DNA of 64,000 nt from Eledone cirrhosa (taxonomy: Eukaryota): the NCBI GenBank assembly GCA_964016885.1, contig OZ024740.1:439704001-439768000 (forward strand). Reading direction: 5' to 3'. Position 1 is the first letter of the stretch. Each line of letters opens with the position of its first letter. The position numbers and the translations under genes are program-made. Below are positions 1 to 11,381 of this stretch, piece after piece. The notes under the pieces were generated by a model. The model ran no database searches, was not told the DNA's origin, and saw nothing but the letters and a program-made list of their open reading frames with translations.

Positions 1-55
1 AGAAATCTTCAGGACTACATATCCAGTGCTTTTATCGAGAATGACACAGCTAGAG

Positions 56-2667
56 ATTGTAATACGTGACGTATTCTATTCTATAGCGATTAGGTCTTCA
101 AAATGTTTATTATAAACATACAGAATATTTTCGAATATTCTATGTCTATATTCACATATATATCGCTATTTCAGAGCATTTATTCCAATTTCTAATTTCT
201 GCCGGACCGGCAACCGCTCTTTCAAACCAGTTCATGTACACAGCTAAGTATTCTATAAGTCTCTAGCTGTGTCATTCTCGATAAAAGCACTGGATATGTA
301 GTCCTGAAGATTTCTAATAAGAATGAAACGCGTAGATTACTTCCCTTGCTTTTATCGAGAATCTAATTGTAATACGTGACGTATTCTATTCTATAGCGAT
401 TAGGTCTTCAAAATGTTTATTATAAACATACAGAATATTTTCGAATATTCTATGTCTATATTCACATATATATCGCTATTTCAGAGCATTTATTCCAATT
501 TCTAATTTCTGCCGGACCGGCAACCGCTCTTTCAAACCAGTTCATGTACACAGCTAAGTATTCTATAAGTCTCTAGCTGTGTCATTCTCGATAAAAGCAC
601 TGGATATGTAGTCCTGAAGATTTCTAATAAGAATGAAACGCGTAGATTACTTCCCTTGCTTTTATCGAGAATCTAATTGTAATACGTGACGTATTCTATT
701 CTATAGCGATTAGGTCTTCAAAATGTTTATTATAAACATACAGAATATTTTCGAATATTCTATGTCTATATTCACATATATATCGCTATTTCAGAGCATT
801 TATTCCAATTTCTAATTTCTGCCGGACCGGCAACCGCTCTTTCAAACCAGTTCATGTACACAGCTAAGTATTCTATAAGTCTCTAGCTGTGTCATTCTCG
901 ATAAAAGCACTGGATATGTAGTCCTGAAGATTTCTAATAAGAATGAAACGCGTAGATTACTTCCCTTGCTTTTATCGAGAATCTAATTGTAATACGTGAC
1001 GTATTCTATTCTATAGCGATTAGGTCTTCAAAATGTTTATTATAAACATACAGAATATTTTCGAATATTCTATGTCTATATTCACATATATATCGCTATT
1101 TCAGAGCATTTATTCCAATTTCTAATTTCTGCCGGACCGGCAACCGCTCTTTCAAACCAGTTCATGTACACAGCTAAGTATTCTATAAGTCTCTAGCTGT
1201 GTCATTCTCGATAAAAGCACTGGATATGTAGTCCTGAAGATTTCTAATAAGAATGAAACGCGTAGATTACTTCCCTTGCTTTTATCGAGAATCTAATTGT
1301 AATACGTGACGTATTCTATTCTATAGCGATTAGGTCTTCAAAATGTTTATTATAAACATACAGAATATTTTCGAATATTCTATGTCTATATTCACATATA
1401 TATCGCTATTTCAGAGCATTTATTCCAATTTCTAATTTCTGCCGGACCGGCAACCGCTCTTTCAAACCAGTTCATGTACACAGCTAAGTATTCTATAAGT
1501 CTCTAGCTGTGTCATTCTCGATAAAAGCACTGGATATGTAGTCCTGAAGATTTCTAATAAGAATGAAACGCGTAGATTACTTCCCTTGCTTTTATCGAGA
1601 ATCTAATTGTAATACGTGACGTATTCTATTCTATAGCGATTAGGTCTTCAAAATGTTTATTATAAACATACAGAATATTTTCGAATATTCTATGTCTATA
1701 TTCACATATATATCGCTATTTCAGAGCATTTATTCCAATTTCTAATTTCTGCCGGACCGGCAACCGCTCTTTCAAACCAGTTCATGTACACAGCTAAGTA
1801 TTCTATAAGTCTCTAGCTGTGTCATTCTCGATAAAAGCACTGGATATGTAGTCCTGAAGATTTCTAATAAGAATGAAACGCGTAGATTACTTCCCTTGCT
1901 TTTATCGAGAATCTAATTGTAATACGTGACGTATTCTATTCTATAGCGATTAGGTCTTCAAAATGTTTATTATAAACATACAGAATATTTTCGAATATTC
2001 TATGTCTATATTCACATATATATCGCTATTTCAGAGCATTTATTCCAATTTCTAATTTCTGCCGGACCGGCAACCGCTCTTTCAAACCAGTTCATGTACA
2101 CAGCTAAGTATTCTATAAGTCTCTAGCTGTGTCATTCTCGATAAAAGCACTGGATATGTAGTCCTGAAGATTTCTAATAAGAATGAAACGCGTAGATTAC
2201 TTCCCTTGCTTTTATCGAGAATCTAATTGTAATACGTGACGTATTCTATTCTATAGCGATTAGGTCTTCAAAATGTTTATTATAAACATACAGAATATTT
2301 TCGAATATTCTATGTCTATATTCACATATATATCGCTATTTCAGAGCATTTATTCCAATTTCTAATTTCTGCCGGACCGGCAACCGCTCTTTCAAACCAG
2401 TTCATGTACACAGCTAAGTATTCTATAAGTCTCTAGCTGTGTCATTCTCGATAAAAGCACTGGATATGTAGTCCTGAAGATTTCTAATAAGAATGAAACG
2501 CGTAGATTACTTCCCTTGCTTTTATCGAGAATCTAATTGTAATACGTGACGTATTCTATTCTATAGCGATTAGGTCTTCAAAATGTTTATTATAAACATA
2601 CAGAATATTTTCGAATATTCTATGTCTATATTCACATATATATCGCTATTTCAGAGCATTTATTCCA

Positions 2668-2673
<6 letters not shown>
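56..2673 (+). repeat. 310-bp tandem array (about 8.4 copies), each unit carrying a hammerhead ribozyme; retrozyme-like or non-autonomous PLE-derived repeat
   Basis: The motif gtattctattctatagcgat recurs at 71, 381, 691, 1001, 1311, 1621, 1931, 2241 and 2551 (period 310). The array ends directly in (TA)n at 2674. Bases 1-56 are the reverse complement of 260-315. Confidence 0.95.
298..340 (+). ncRNA. Minimal type I hammerhead ribozyme, copy 1 of 8 (others at 608-650, 918-960, 1228-1270, 1538-1580, 1848-1890, 2158-2200, 2468-2510)
   Basis: gtagtc-CTGAAGA-t-ttct-aata-agaa-t-GAAA-cgc-GTA-gattac. Stem I is gtagtc/gattac, the core is CUGANGA, stem II is ttct/agaa, stem III is the palindrome ACGCGT, and the cleavage triplet is GUA (cut after 334). 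Confidence 0.88.
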
Positions 2674-2728
<55 letters not shown>

Positions 2729-2729
<1 letters not shown>

Positions 2730-2871
2730 CGAAGGAATTGCGGTAAGTAACCAAGTGGACCATAACGGACCAAAGTACTTGATACTGGGTAGTAGAGTGG
2801 GTAATAGGAAAAGAGTTCAGACCTAGTTGTCGAAAAGGCGGGAGCTCAGCCGCAGGGGTCCTGACTCTTTT

Positions 2872-2875
<4 letters not shown>
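2729..2875 (-). mobile_element. Short PLE-like terminal fragment between (TA)n tracts
   Basis: The reverse complement (cctattacccactctactaccc...ccgttatggtcc...cttaccgcaa) resembles 19199-19280. Internal inverted repeat aggaaaagagt/actcttttcct. Confidence 0.5.
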
Positions 2876-2938
<63 letters not shown>

Positions 2939-2944
<6 letters not shown>

Positions 2945-4182
2945 CGTAAAATGAGAAAATTATAAAAATTAACTTACTTACTAAAATTTCACTCAAACTA
3001 ATTAGTTTCTGAAAGGGAATAAACGTAGTTTCCGAAGAAACGTACGGAGAAGCCTTTCGTCATCAGGGAAGTCTATTCTCAGCTAAGTTTCCAGGCAATA
3101 CGTGGACACAGGGAACTTATACAAAAATAATTCAGTGGATGGAAAAAAACAAAGCGTGGACTAAGATCGAAGCCATTGAAAAAATCACTGCCTACTGTGT
3201 CGGTGGCAAATTCAAAAGAATCAATCACGTGACATCGAGGTCAATCAGTGAAGAGTGGTTTGTTAAGAAGACAGCAGCCGGACTGTTATTATGAACTATA
3301 GTAGCAGTTTTGGCCAATTTTGGCTCGACAAAATAATTTGGAGATAATTATAAAGAATTAGTATATTTACTAACATATATATACAGATGCATACCTATGC
3401 CAGCAAATATATAGGTTTTGTCTTAGTAACTTTGTGGTTCAAAGCATGGGGATGCAGAACAATAATATGAGAGACGTAAAATAAGAAAATTATAAAAATT
3501 AACTTACTAAAATTTCACTCCAATTAATTAGTTTCCGAAAGGGAATAAACGTAGTTTCCGAAGAAACGTACGGAGAAGCCTTTCGTCATCAGGGAAGTCT
3601 ATTCTCAGCTAAGTTTCCAGGCAATACGTGGACACAGGGAACTTATACAAAAATAATTCAGTGGATGGAAAAAAGCAAAGCGAGCCAAAATTGGCCAAAA
3701 CAACTACTATAGTTTATAGTAACAGTCCGGCTGCTGTCTTCTTAACAAACTACTCTTCACTGATTGACCTCGATGTCACGTGATTGATTCTTTTGAATTT
3801 GCCACCGACACAGTAGGCAGTGATTTTTTCAATGGCTTGGAACTTAGTCCACGCTTTGCTTTTTTCCATCCACTGAATTATTTTTGTATAAGTTCCCTGC
3901 CTCCACGTATTGCCTGGAAACTTAGCTGAGAATAGGCTTCCCTGATGACGAAAGGCTTCTCCGTACGTTTCTTCGGAAACTACGTTTATTGCCTTTCAGA
4001 AACTAATTAGTTGGAGTGAAATTTTAGTAAGTAAGTTAATTTTTATAATTTTCTTAATTTACGTCTCTCATATTATTGTTCTGCATCCCCATGCATTGAA
4101 CCACAAAGTTACTAAGACAAAACCTATATATTTGCTGGCATAGGTATGCATCTGTATATATATGTTAGTAAATATACTAATT

Positions 4183-4187
<5 letters not shown>
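2939..4187. mobile_element. PLE pseudo-LTR-like element in partial-tandem plus inverted arrangement
   Basis: A unit of about 530 bp (2939-3470) restarts at 3471 (gagacgtaaaat) and runs to about 3682. An inverted copy follows at 3683-4187. Both sides are flanked by (TA)n. It contains ctgatga...gaaac at about 3942-3980. Confidence 0.75.
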
Positions 4188-4228
<41 letters not shown>

Positions 4229-4297
4229 GTGAGGTTTTTTTACAAAAGGAAAAATAACCGAGGTGTCCTACACGAGCGAAAGTATAAAGAAAAATAG

Positions 4298-4493
4298 ATA
4301 AAATCGAAAATGCAACTGGAGTCTTATTTAAAAAATATATATATATTTATTTGGTTCCTTTACCGGTTTCGCAGTTCTTCTGCTTTTCAAAAGTAGAGTT
4401 GAAAAGCAGAAGAACTGCGAAACCGGTAAAGGAACCAAATAAATATATATATATTTTTTTAAATAAGACTCCAGTTGCATTTTCGATTTCATC
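4298..4493. repeat. Near-perfect foldback with arms of about 95 bp and an 8-nt loop, built from a hammerhead-bearing pLTR
   Basis: 4298-4390 is the reverse complement of 4399-4493. Same family as 25240-25325. Confidence 0.85.
4355..4397 (-). ncRNA. Type I hammerhead with U3-A8 core covariation
   Basis: The minus strand reads tctactt-TTGAAAA-gcag-aagaa-ctgc-GAAA-ccg-GTA-aaggaa, with a palindromic ACCGGT stem III. Confidence 0.65.
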
Positions 4494-4500
4494 TTTTTTT

Positions 4501-4579
<79 letters not shown>

Positions 4580-4586
<7 letters not shown>

Positions 4587-4965
4587 ATACTTTGGGAGGG
4601 TCATGTTGCAAATAAGAAACACACGCACCATTTGCTTTCACTTCAATTTATTATATATTTATAAATTTATAAATTTACAAATTTACAAACTTATAAATTT
4701 CTGGTTGGTTGGTTGGTTCCACAACCAGATAGTTGTTTATATATAGTCATAGTCCTTTCGTCACACACTCTGTGACCTCTTCAGTGACTGGGGATTCCTT
4801 TCTTTGTTTCTGTGCCTTTCCTTTCTTCTATCCTACGCCATTTTGTTTCTGTGTGTGTGTTGTGTGCTCAGCATATTGGCAACATGACCCTCCCAAAGTA
4901 TAACAATATCGGTTTCAACACACGATTTCAGATAAAGAATCTTGCTAAACAAATTCAGAAACGAA
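4580..4965 (-). mobile_element. Heavily truncated PLE copy (3' pLTR plus inverted tail), same family as 25418-27145
   Basis: 4580-4870 is nearly identical to 25418-25690, and 4874-4965 matches 27056-27145. Flanked by (TA)n. Confidence 0.8.
4745..4789 (-). ncRNA. Type I hammerhead ribozyme in PLE pLTR
   Basis: The minus strand reads agtca-CTGAAGA-g-gtcaca-gagtg-tgtgac-GAAA-gga-CTA-tgact. Confidence 0.75.
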
Positions 4966-5174
4966 ATATATATATATATATATATATTGTTATACTTGGG
5001 GGTAGGATGATCATATTGTTGTAATAATATTGCCAGAAATAATAACTGAACACACTCAGTGTTTGGTTGGTTTTCGCTTCTGCATCTTTTATATCTCCAT
5101 AGTTACTTTATTTGCCAATCAATGTTTATCGTTGATTGACCAACGGTTAAAAATACAGATATAAATATATATAT

Positions 5175-5228
5175 ATAGTCTAACAAAGTTCTTTCGTTGC
5201 ACATCTGCAACATCATCAGTGGTACTAT
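5175..5228 (-). ncRNA. Type I hammerhead ribozyme (imperfect stem I)
   Basis: The minus strand reads atagtacca-CTGATGA-t-gttgca-gatg-tgcaac-GAAA-gaa-CTT-tgttagactat. Confidence 0.65.
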
Positions 5229-6699
5229 TATCATGTTCCCTCCTATTGTATTGTAATGTTCACGCCATTTTTATTTTATATATATACGACGGTTGGGTAT
5301 GATATAAGTAAGCTTTGACTGCTATTTCTAGCAATCAGAGTGACCACGTATAGGATCAACGATAGCTGAATGAAGATATTTCATAATAATTACGATATAA
5401 CTTCACCACCCGGTGTGAACCATTGCCTTTAGCCTTTTATAATGTAACTTTAATTTTTAAGATCTTTCCTGGTGTTCATGTGTTTAAAAAAAGGATTTGG
5501 GATTAATTTTCATTGAATTCAGACAATATGAACTAGAAACATTGTTTTCTCCTGAACAAACCCAGAAGGACTTTAAAAATTGAATGGTAATTTAAAAATT
5601 CGTATATGCTGTATTTGAGATTTAGTTGTTGATATGGCATATATTTATGAAGTGTAATCTAATATGTAACTATTTAATGTTTCTCATAAAAACCCGTGTT
5701 AACAGTAACCTAATAGCCGTTATAATGATTATACTTGTTGGTGTGGTTACCATAATGTGGGGGGATAACGAGGAGGAGACGGATTCTTCCTCACAGGAGA
5801 TAAATTCCACTTCACAGGAGATGGAATTCTCCTCACCGTGGAACGATTCCATTTAAAAGATATGGGTTTCTATTCTCAAGAGGTGGGTTCCTCTTCACTG
5901 GAGAGGGTCTCGTTTTTCTCGGGAAATGTACTTCTCGCATTTCTTGATTATATTTTGCTTGTTTGGGGGATGAGGTTTCTTCTTCGCATTTTCGAAAAGT
6001 TCTACTGGGCCCCATCGTCTGTCAACTTGTCTACATTCTCAAATTGTTCGATGCGGTGCTGCTACGTGGAGATGGGGTCGCTTCCTGTTGCTGTAAGCCA
6101 GCCTCTCTTTCCATGCCTGTAGGTTACAACTGGTTGTGGCAGCGGGAGGGAGTTTCTAAGCGACCCAATTAGCTCGTGGAAATGGAGAGAAGTGTATCTC
6201 TTCAGATGTCTCGAAAGTTTTGCCAGTGCCACTTCACAACCAACAGCTTCTGTGGTTTGCAGCTATTGGTAGTGGGGCATATCAGACATTGATCTAGTAT
6301 TTGCTACACATTGAAGTCAATGGAGCTGTGAAAATCCTTTCAAAGATAAATACAGTGAATCATTCAATAGAGGAAATAAAAATAAACCCAAATAACTCTG
6401 TTGGTCGTAGTACTGTTTACACGTTTGTATTATCAACAGTTGTTTATATTTTCAACAGTTAATTAATCAACACCAAAGGGATGAAACCATCTCAATTGGA
6501 ACTGAGATTGTCAACATTAAACACTCTACGGACTTAAACAAGGCTCTCTGTTGACTCTTTTCTGACATTATTTCTTTATATTAATATATCATTTTATATT
6601 AAAATTAAATTAAAATGTTACTGCTTTACTATTAAATCATATATTATATATTTTGTATATACTTAAGCTACACGGGAGTGAAATATTGGGATTAGCACT

Positions 6700-6960
6700 A
6701 TAGATTATATAATGTTGTTTTCCTTGTGTTGTTGAAGGAGAAACGATTACCTGCACATATTAATGGAGATTTTCGAGGCCTGTTTTCATTGGATCAATTC
6801 AGATTCGACGTCAGATGTCCAGTTTGCATAGGATATCTGTGGAAAGGAGAGTGATATCGTCAGCATATAAGTTGGTTTTCATTGCGCTCAGTTTTTCGTT
6901 GTATAAGATGAAACGTGTGGATGACAAAAATGAACCCTCGGTGACACCAAAGTTGACATA
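6700..6960 (-). pseudogene. Degenerate non-LTR (APE-type LINE) reverse transcriptase fragment
   Basis: The minus strand translates to GVTEGSFLSSTRFILYNEK (compare GVPQGSxLSPxLFxLYxND) at about 6895-6948 and to LYADDITL at about 6847-6870. Confidence 0.7.
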
Positions 6961-9043
6961 GTGTGGGTCATCATTACATATACCAATAATGGGATCTGGC
7001 AGGAAGTCACTAATCTAAGTGATGTGTGGTGACTGATGTCCATGGACAGGGAGTTTTTACAGGAGATTCAAGTGCCAGACAGAGGTGACGTTTTGGTGAC
7101 AAAAAAAGCAGCAAGATTGCTTTCAGCAAATTTCTTGAGTCAGGGGAGTTGTCTTCCTTGGAAATCAGAGACACTCTGTAGTGTTTCCAAAGATCGAGAT
7201 ACATACTCTGTAGAGAGAAAGAGGCTGGGGAGTTTGGTGAACTATAAAGTTAGCATTGGTTAGGAGATAGTGAGAAGAACATTGTCATAGCAGGTGATCT
7301 TATTGGTTCCAAGTGCATGGAAAAACTTTCACACTTGTTACTTATGTGTGCATAGAGGAGAGTGTGAGGGGTGTAGAGGAGAATAGTTTTGGAGGAAGTT
7401 TATTTGGTGTGTACAGTATGGAGTTTAAACGTAGGTTGAGGTTTATTCCGGGGAAGTACTTCTCACACCACCGCCATTATTGAGAAGTAGAGGAATGTAG
7501 GATTCCACAAAGATTACCTAGCCAATATAAAAACATTTACAAATTTCCAAACTTTACAAGTCCCCAAATGACTTAATGAAATATTCCTTATCAAATAATG
7601 TTTCTTGTTCTTTTGATATAAGTTTTGCTCCAGGCTACAAACTACCAGTTTTCTTTTCTCACAATCACATTACAGTTACCTTTTATTTATTCTATTTGCA
7701 ACCTATATTCTGTGTTCAGTTGTATACATTTAACATCAGTTATAGCTTGCAAAAATGTCCAAATTTTCATTTCATAAAATATTCTATCTAACTTAACATT
7801 GACATCGGCAATCTTAAAAGACCACTAACAATTTACAAAATGTATTCAATTCAAGGTAACAAGATTCGATCTGTTTTAGTAATTCGAATTCTAGTAACCA
7901 GCATGAAAAAAGTATACTACTGAATTCCTATTAACTAACTTTATAGATCCGGAAATTTCATTGCTCATATCCCACAGTTCGGTTAGCTCCAGGCGTAGAA
8001 TCTAAAAGCGTCTTGCCTTTGGCAGTTTGGGTGCTTAAAATTTGTATATCATTTCAGTTAGAAGCGTTAATTATAAAGGCTTAACAGGAAAATAAGAATG
8101 CACTGCAATGGTAGTACTATATGATAATTTTAGGGTAATTTGTCAGCTTCAGCGAGACCTCGCTCAATCTGATATATTTTCAGAATTTTATTTCACTTTT
8201 CAACAGCTTAGCTCCCAGTCACCACTAATAGAGTTGTTTTGGACCTCTTTTAGAGATTCGAACATCTCTTCATATCACTTTTTAATGTTCACTTTCTCTT
8301 TAAAAACACTTCCTGCTGCGCGTATTTTACCTAAAATTGCAAAGATTGCTTTTCAAACAATTTTGTCTTCCCAAACTAAAAATAATATTTTCAATAATTT
8401 TGAAATCACAATTTAATAGTAATCTTAAACGTAAATCTTCTACAAATAATAGGAATTCATTTAACCGGTGCTTAACTACACAGTTTTAAAGATAGAGAAA
8501 TAACACTCCCATGGATAAGAAGCTAGTTTGTCGCAGGTAGCTTCCCCATACCAACAATTGAACTCAGCTCCGCAAGCGTATCATTTCTCCAATACAGCTG
8601 GTGCTAACAATTCATAGCATATATATTACTAGGTGTGTTCACCCGTTGAACCTAAATTGTCTTGGCAATGAATACAACGCAACATCAGTTACAAAATACA
8701 ACCCCAGGCCTCCTTGGTTGATTTATTGATACTTTATCAACCCGGATGTCTTTGGTCACATGTCTCTTTCTTGTTATTTTGTCTTTGGTTGGAAAAATAA
8801 TTCTATGATCAAAGCGTTCCGGTCATGACCAATCTTATTTTCAAATATTTTATTAAAAATCATATTAGCCAATGTTATTTTTAAAGACGGTGTTTGAGGA
8901 AAACTTGGCTGATATTTCTAACAAAGTGTTTAACCACGTAGAGTTATTTTTTCCAGTGAAGCTCTTAACTGGGTTTCTTCATTCAACATCCTAGAAACCT
9001 AAATAGATTTGTTATTTTCTAACAAAAAAGAAAAATTAGATTA

Positions 9044-9211
9044 GGTGGATTGGCAGTATCGGTAGAGGGTCTCACACCATGTTTTGACGCCATTCTGAGT
9101 TCAAATCCCGCCGACGTTAGCTTTGCCTTTCATCCTTACGGGGTCGATAAAATAAAGTACCATTAATGCACTGGGTAATTGCTGGCCTTGTGCCAAAAAT
9201 AGAAACAATTA
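9044..9211 (+). mobile_element. tRNA-derived SINE
   Basis: A-box-like tggcagtatcgg, B-box gagttcaaatc and central gcctttcatccttacggggtcgataaaataaagtacc. Other copies lie at 20192-20630, 24993-25178 and 27705-27830. Confidence 0.8.
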
Positions 9212-9265
9212 TTAGAATTACCTCCCTTGCTTAATGTTTTTTAAGTCTTAAACACTCATAGAGAG

Positions 9266-9460
9266 TGTTTTTGTTTTTGTTTTCTAATTGCAAGGATAAG
9301 CTCAGCTGAATATACTACATATGCGAGACTTTACTTACGAGCAAAGTTATACAACTTTGAACACTGGAATTCATTATGGTGGATCAAAATGTACTCTATA
9401 TTAGATATTGAGTACTATGTTTTTACTTTGGGGGTAGAATGACCGTGTATATAGTCATAC
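9266..9460 (+). repeat. Dispersed segment of about 190 bp duplicated at 16760-16953
   Basis: gtttttgtttttgttttctaa(t/c)tgcaaggataagctcagctgaatatactacat...agaatgaccgtgtatatagtcatac occurs twice with few substitutions. Confidence 0.85.
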
Positions 9461-9497
9461 ATATACACACACATACTCACACACTCACGCACACACG

Positions 9498-9528
<31 letters not shown>

Positions 9529-9558
9529 TATTACTATTATTATTATTATTATTATTAT

Positions 9559-10638
9559 TTGCATTTATCTTGCTTTATGTTTATACGAGTTATCACCAAG
9601 TCACAACCAGTGACCTCAAGAGACAACAAGGTCCGCCATGTTCAAGAAAGAACATACATATTCACACATGCATCCTTAGTGTTTAGACTTGTGATGTACT
9701 TATATTGACAGGATCTTCCTCAGTATATGGGCAGTTCCCATTAGTACTATCTTTTGTATTTCTCCTATACGCGGGTTTCCTGGGATTTGCGATAAGTAGT
9801 CGTTAGACCCCTTAGGTATCATTCCCAGAGCGCCTACAACCACTGGTATTGTTTTAGTTCTCAATTTCCACATTTTTCCAATTTCTATCTCCAAGTCCTT
9901 ATACTTGCTCAATTTTTCAAATGTTTTTATAGATACATTCTTGTCTATTGGAACAGACATATCAATTAGCAGGCATACCCTCCTTTGAAAGTCCTTCAAT
10001 ATTATATCAGGTCTATTTGCATCTATTTTTCGGTCTGTTTGGATGCTAAAGTTCCACAAGATTGAGATGTGATCTTTTTCAAGTATGGGAGGTGGTTGAT
10101 GCTCCCACCAATTCTTTTGATGGGGCAGGTCAAAATGCTTACACATTATCCAATGTATGTATTGTGCAGCTCTGTCATGCCTGTTTAGGTATTCGGTTGG
10201 AGCTATAGGACTGCACATTGAAATTATATGGTCAATGGTCTCTGGTTGTGTTTTGCATACACGGCATAATGGGCTGCACCCATTTTTTATTATTATGTTG
10301 GCTTGGTAATTTTTTGTTGGCAGACACTGATCTTGTGCGGATATAATCAGTCCTTCAGTCTCCGATTTCAGTCCAGAGGATGCCAACCACTGATGGGTTA
10401 AAGTTTTGTCAACATCATGATTGTTAGCTCGCTCTGGGTATTTTCCATACAGAGGCTTTTCTTGCCATTTCTTAGCCAGTTTCTGTAGCAGTTCTTTCTT
10501 TGCAGTTACTTTTACCTGCTTTGCTTTTTCTGTGTTTTCCATTTCAGCAGTAAATGGGACTTCTGAAATTTGTAGTCCATTACTGTATCTTTGTGCATCT
10601 TTTGTAATGGAATATGATCTTTTGGTGCTTTCGTGTTT
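9559..10638 (-). mobile_element. 5'-truncated R4/Dong-like non-LTR retrotransposon inserted in a (TAA)n microsatellite
   Basis: C-terminal ORF followed by a 3' UTR of about 140 bp. Flanked on both sides by (tat)n (about 9528-9558 and 10639-10703). Confidence 0.85.
9700..10638 (-). CDS. C-terminus of RLE-type LINE protein: CCHC zinc knuckle plus PD-(D/E)xK restriction-like endonuclease (5'-truncated)
   Basis: Motifs ETEGLIISAQDQ, CRVC..ETIDHIISMC, YLNRHD, NRPDIILKD..LLIDMSVP, EKLSKYKDL and IPVVVGALG. The frame stays open upstream of the Met at 10542 up to the microsatellite. Confidence 0.88.
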   Translation of the reverse strand, partial: KHESTKRSYSITKDAQRYSNGLQISEVPFTAEMENTEKAKQVKVTAKKELLQKLAKKWQEKPLYGKYPERANNHDVDKTLTHQWLASSGLKSETEGLIISAQDQCLPTKNYQANIIIKNGCSPLCRVCKTQPETIDHIISMCSPIAPTEYLNRHDRAAQYIHWIMCKHFDLPHQKNWWEHQPPPILEKDHISILWNFSIQTDRKIDANRPDIILKDFQRRVCLLIDMSVPIDKNVSIKTFEKLSKYKDLEIEIGKMWKLRTKTIPVVVGALGMIPKGSNDYLSQIPGNPRIGEIQKIVLMGTAHILRKILSI

Positions 10639-10639
10639 C

Positions 10640-10702
<63 letters not shown>

Positions 10703-11381
10703 CATTTGATACAGGTGTAAATCTGTGTGTGGTGAGGGGTGAGGTCTAGTAATAACATAAAACGGAGACTTTCCAATGTAATGTTATTACCAAATCTATT
10801 GATGTTTCAAAATAATATACAGATACAATATTTTAAGATTGTGAATCATATCGTATTTGTGTATAACAAATATTTATATTTCTAAGCATGAATTTGGTGA
10901 GAAATAGCAGCATAACGAAACCAATCGAACTATTGCTTGAACTTCGCTTTCCTTCTTCTCTTGTCCATTGCTTAATTTAACCATAAGTTCGACATTTATT
11001 CTGTTGTGAATTAGTCTCTAAGCTAATTATTTTAAATTTTCATGAAGCACCTTTTTGACAGCTAAATTAAATTAGCTCCCTTCCTCAAGTTATATAACAT
11101 GAAATTTATGCTAGAAGTAAAGTTCACATCTATAATTATTGAATCTTTTCCTACATCTGGATTCAAATAACAAAATTGAATTTATTCTGATTTGTTCACA
11201 TTTTGAAAGTTTCTTTCGCGATTCCAAACTTGTCAATGCTAACAGTAAAAATCAAATTCATATTTAACGAACATATTTTTTGTAAACACCCAAATGAATT
11301 TTCGATAGTAACCCTAGTCTCGACGGTGGGACTTTTGATAGAGGTAGGGTCGATAAGAATAAAAATAAAAATAGAAGGCGA

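Noticed and set aside
56-2673. CRISPR array interpretation of the 310-bp, 46-bp or 21-bp repeats
   Set aside because: There are no unique spacers and no cas genes, and the context is eukaryotic.
5626-6300. GC-richer patch with short overlapping ORFs
   Set aside because: No recognisable motif. It is probably a decayed transposon fragment but cannot be assigned.
9044-9110. tRNA gene
   Set aside because: The A and B boxes belong to SINE heads and no complete cloverleaf can be drawn.
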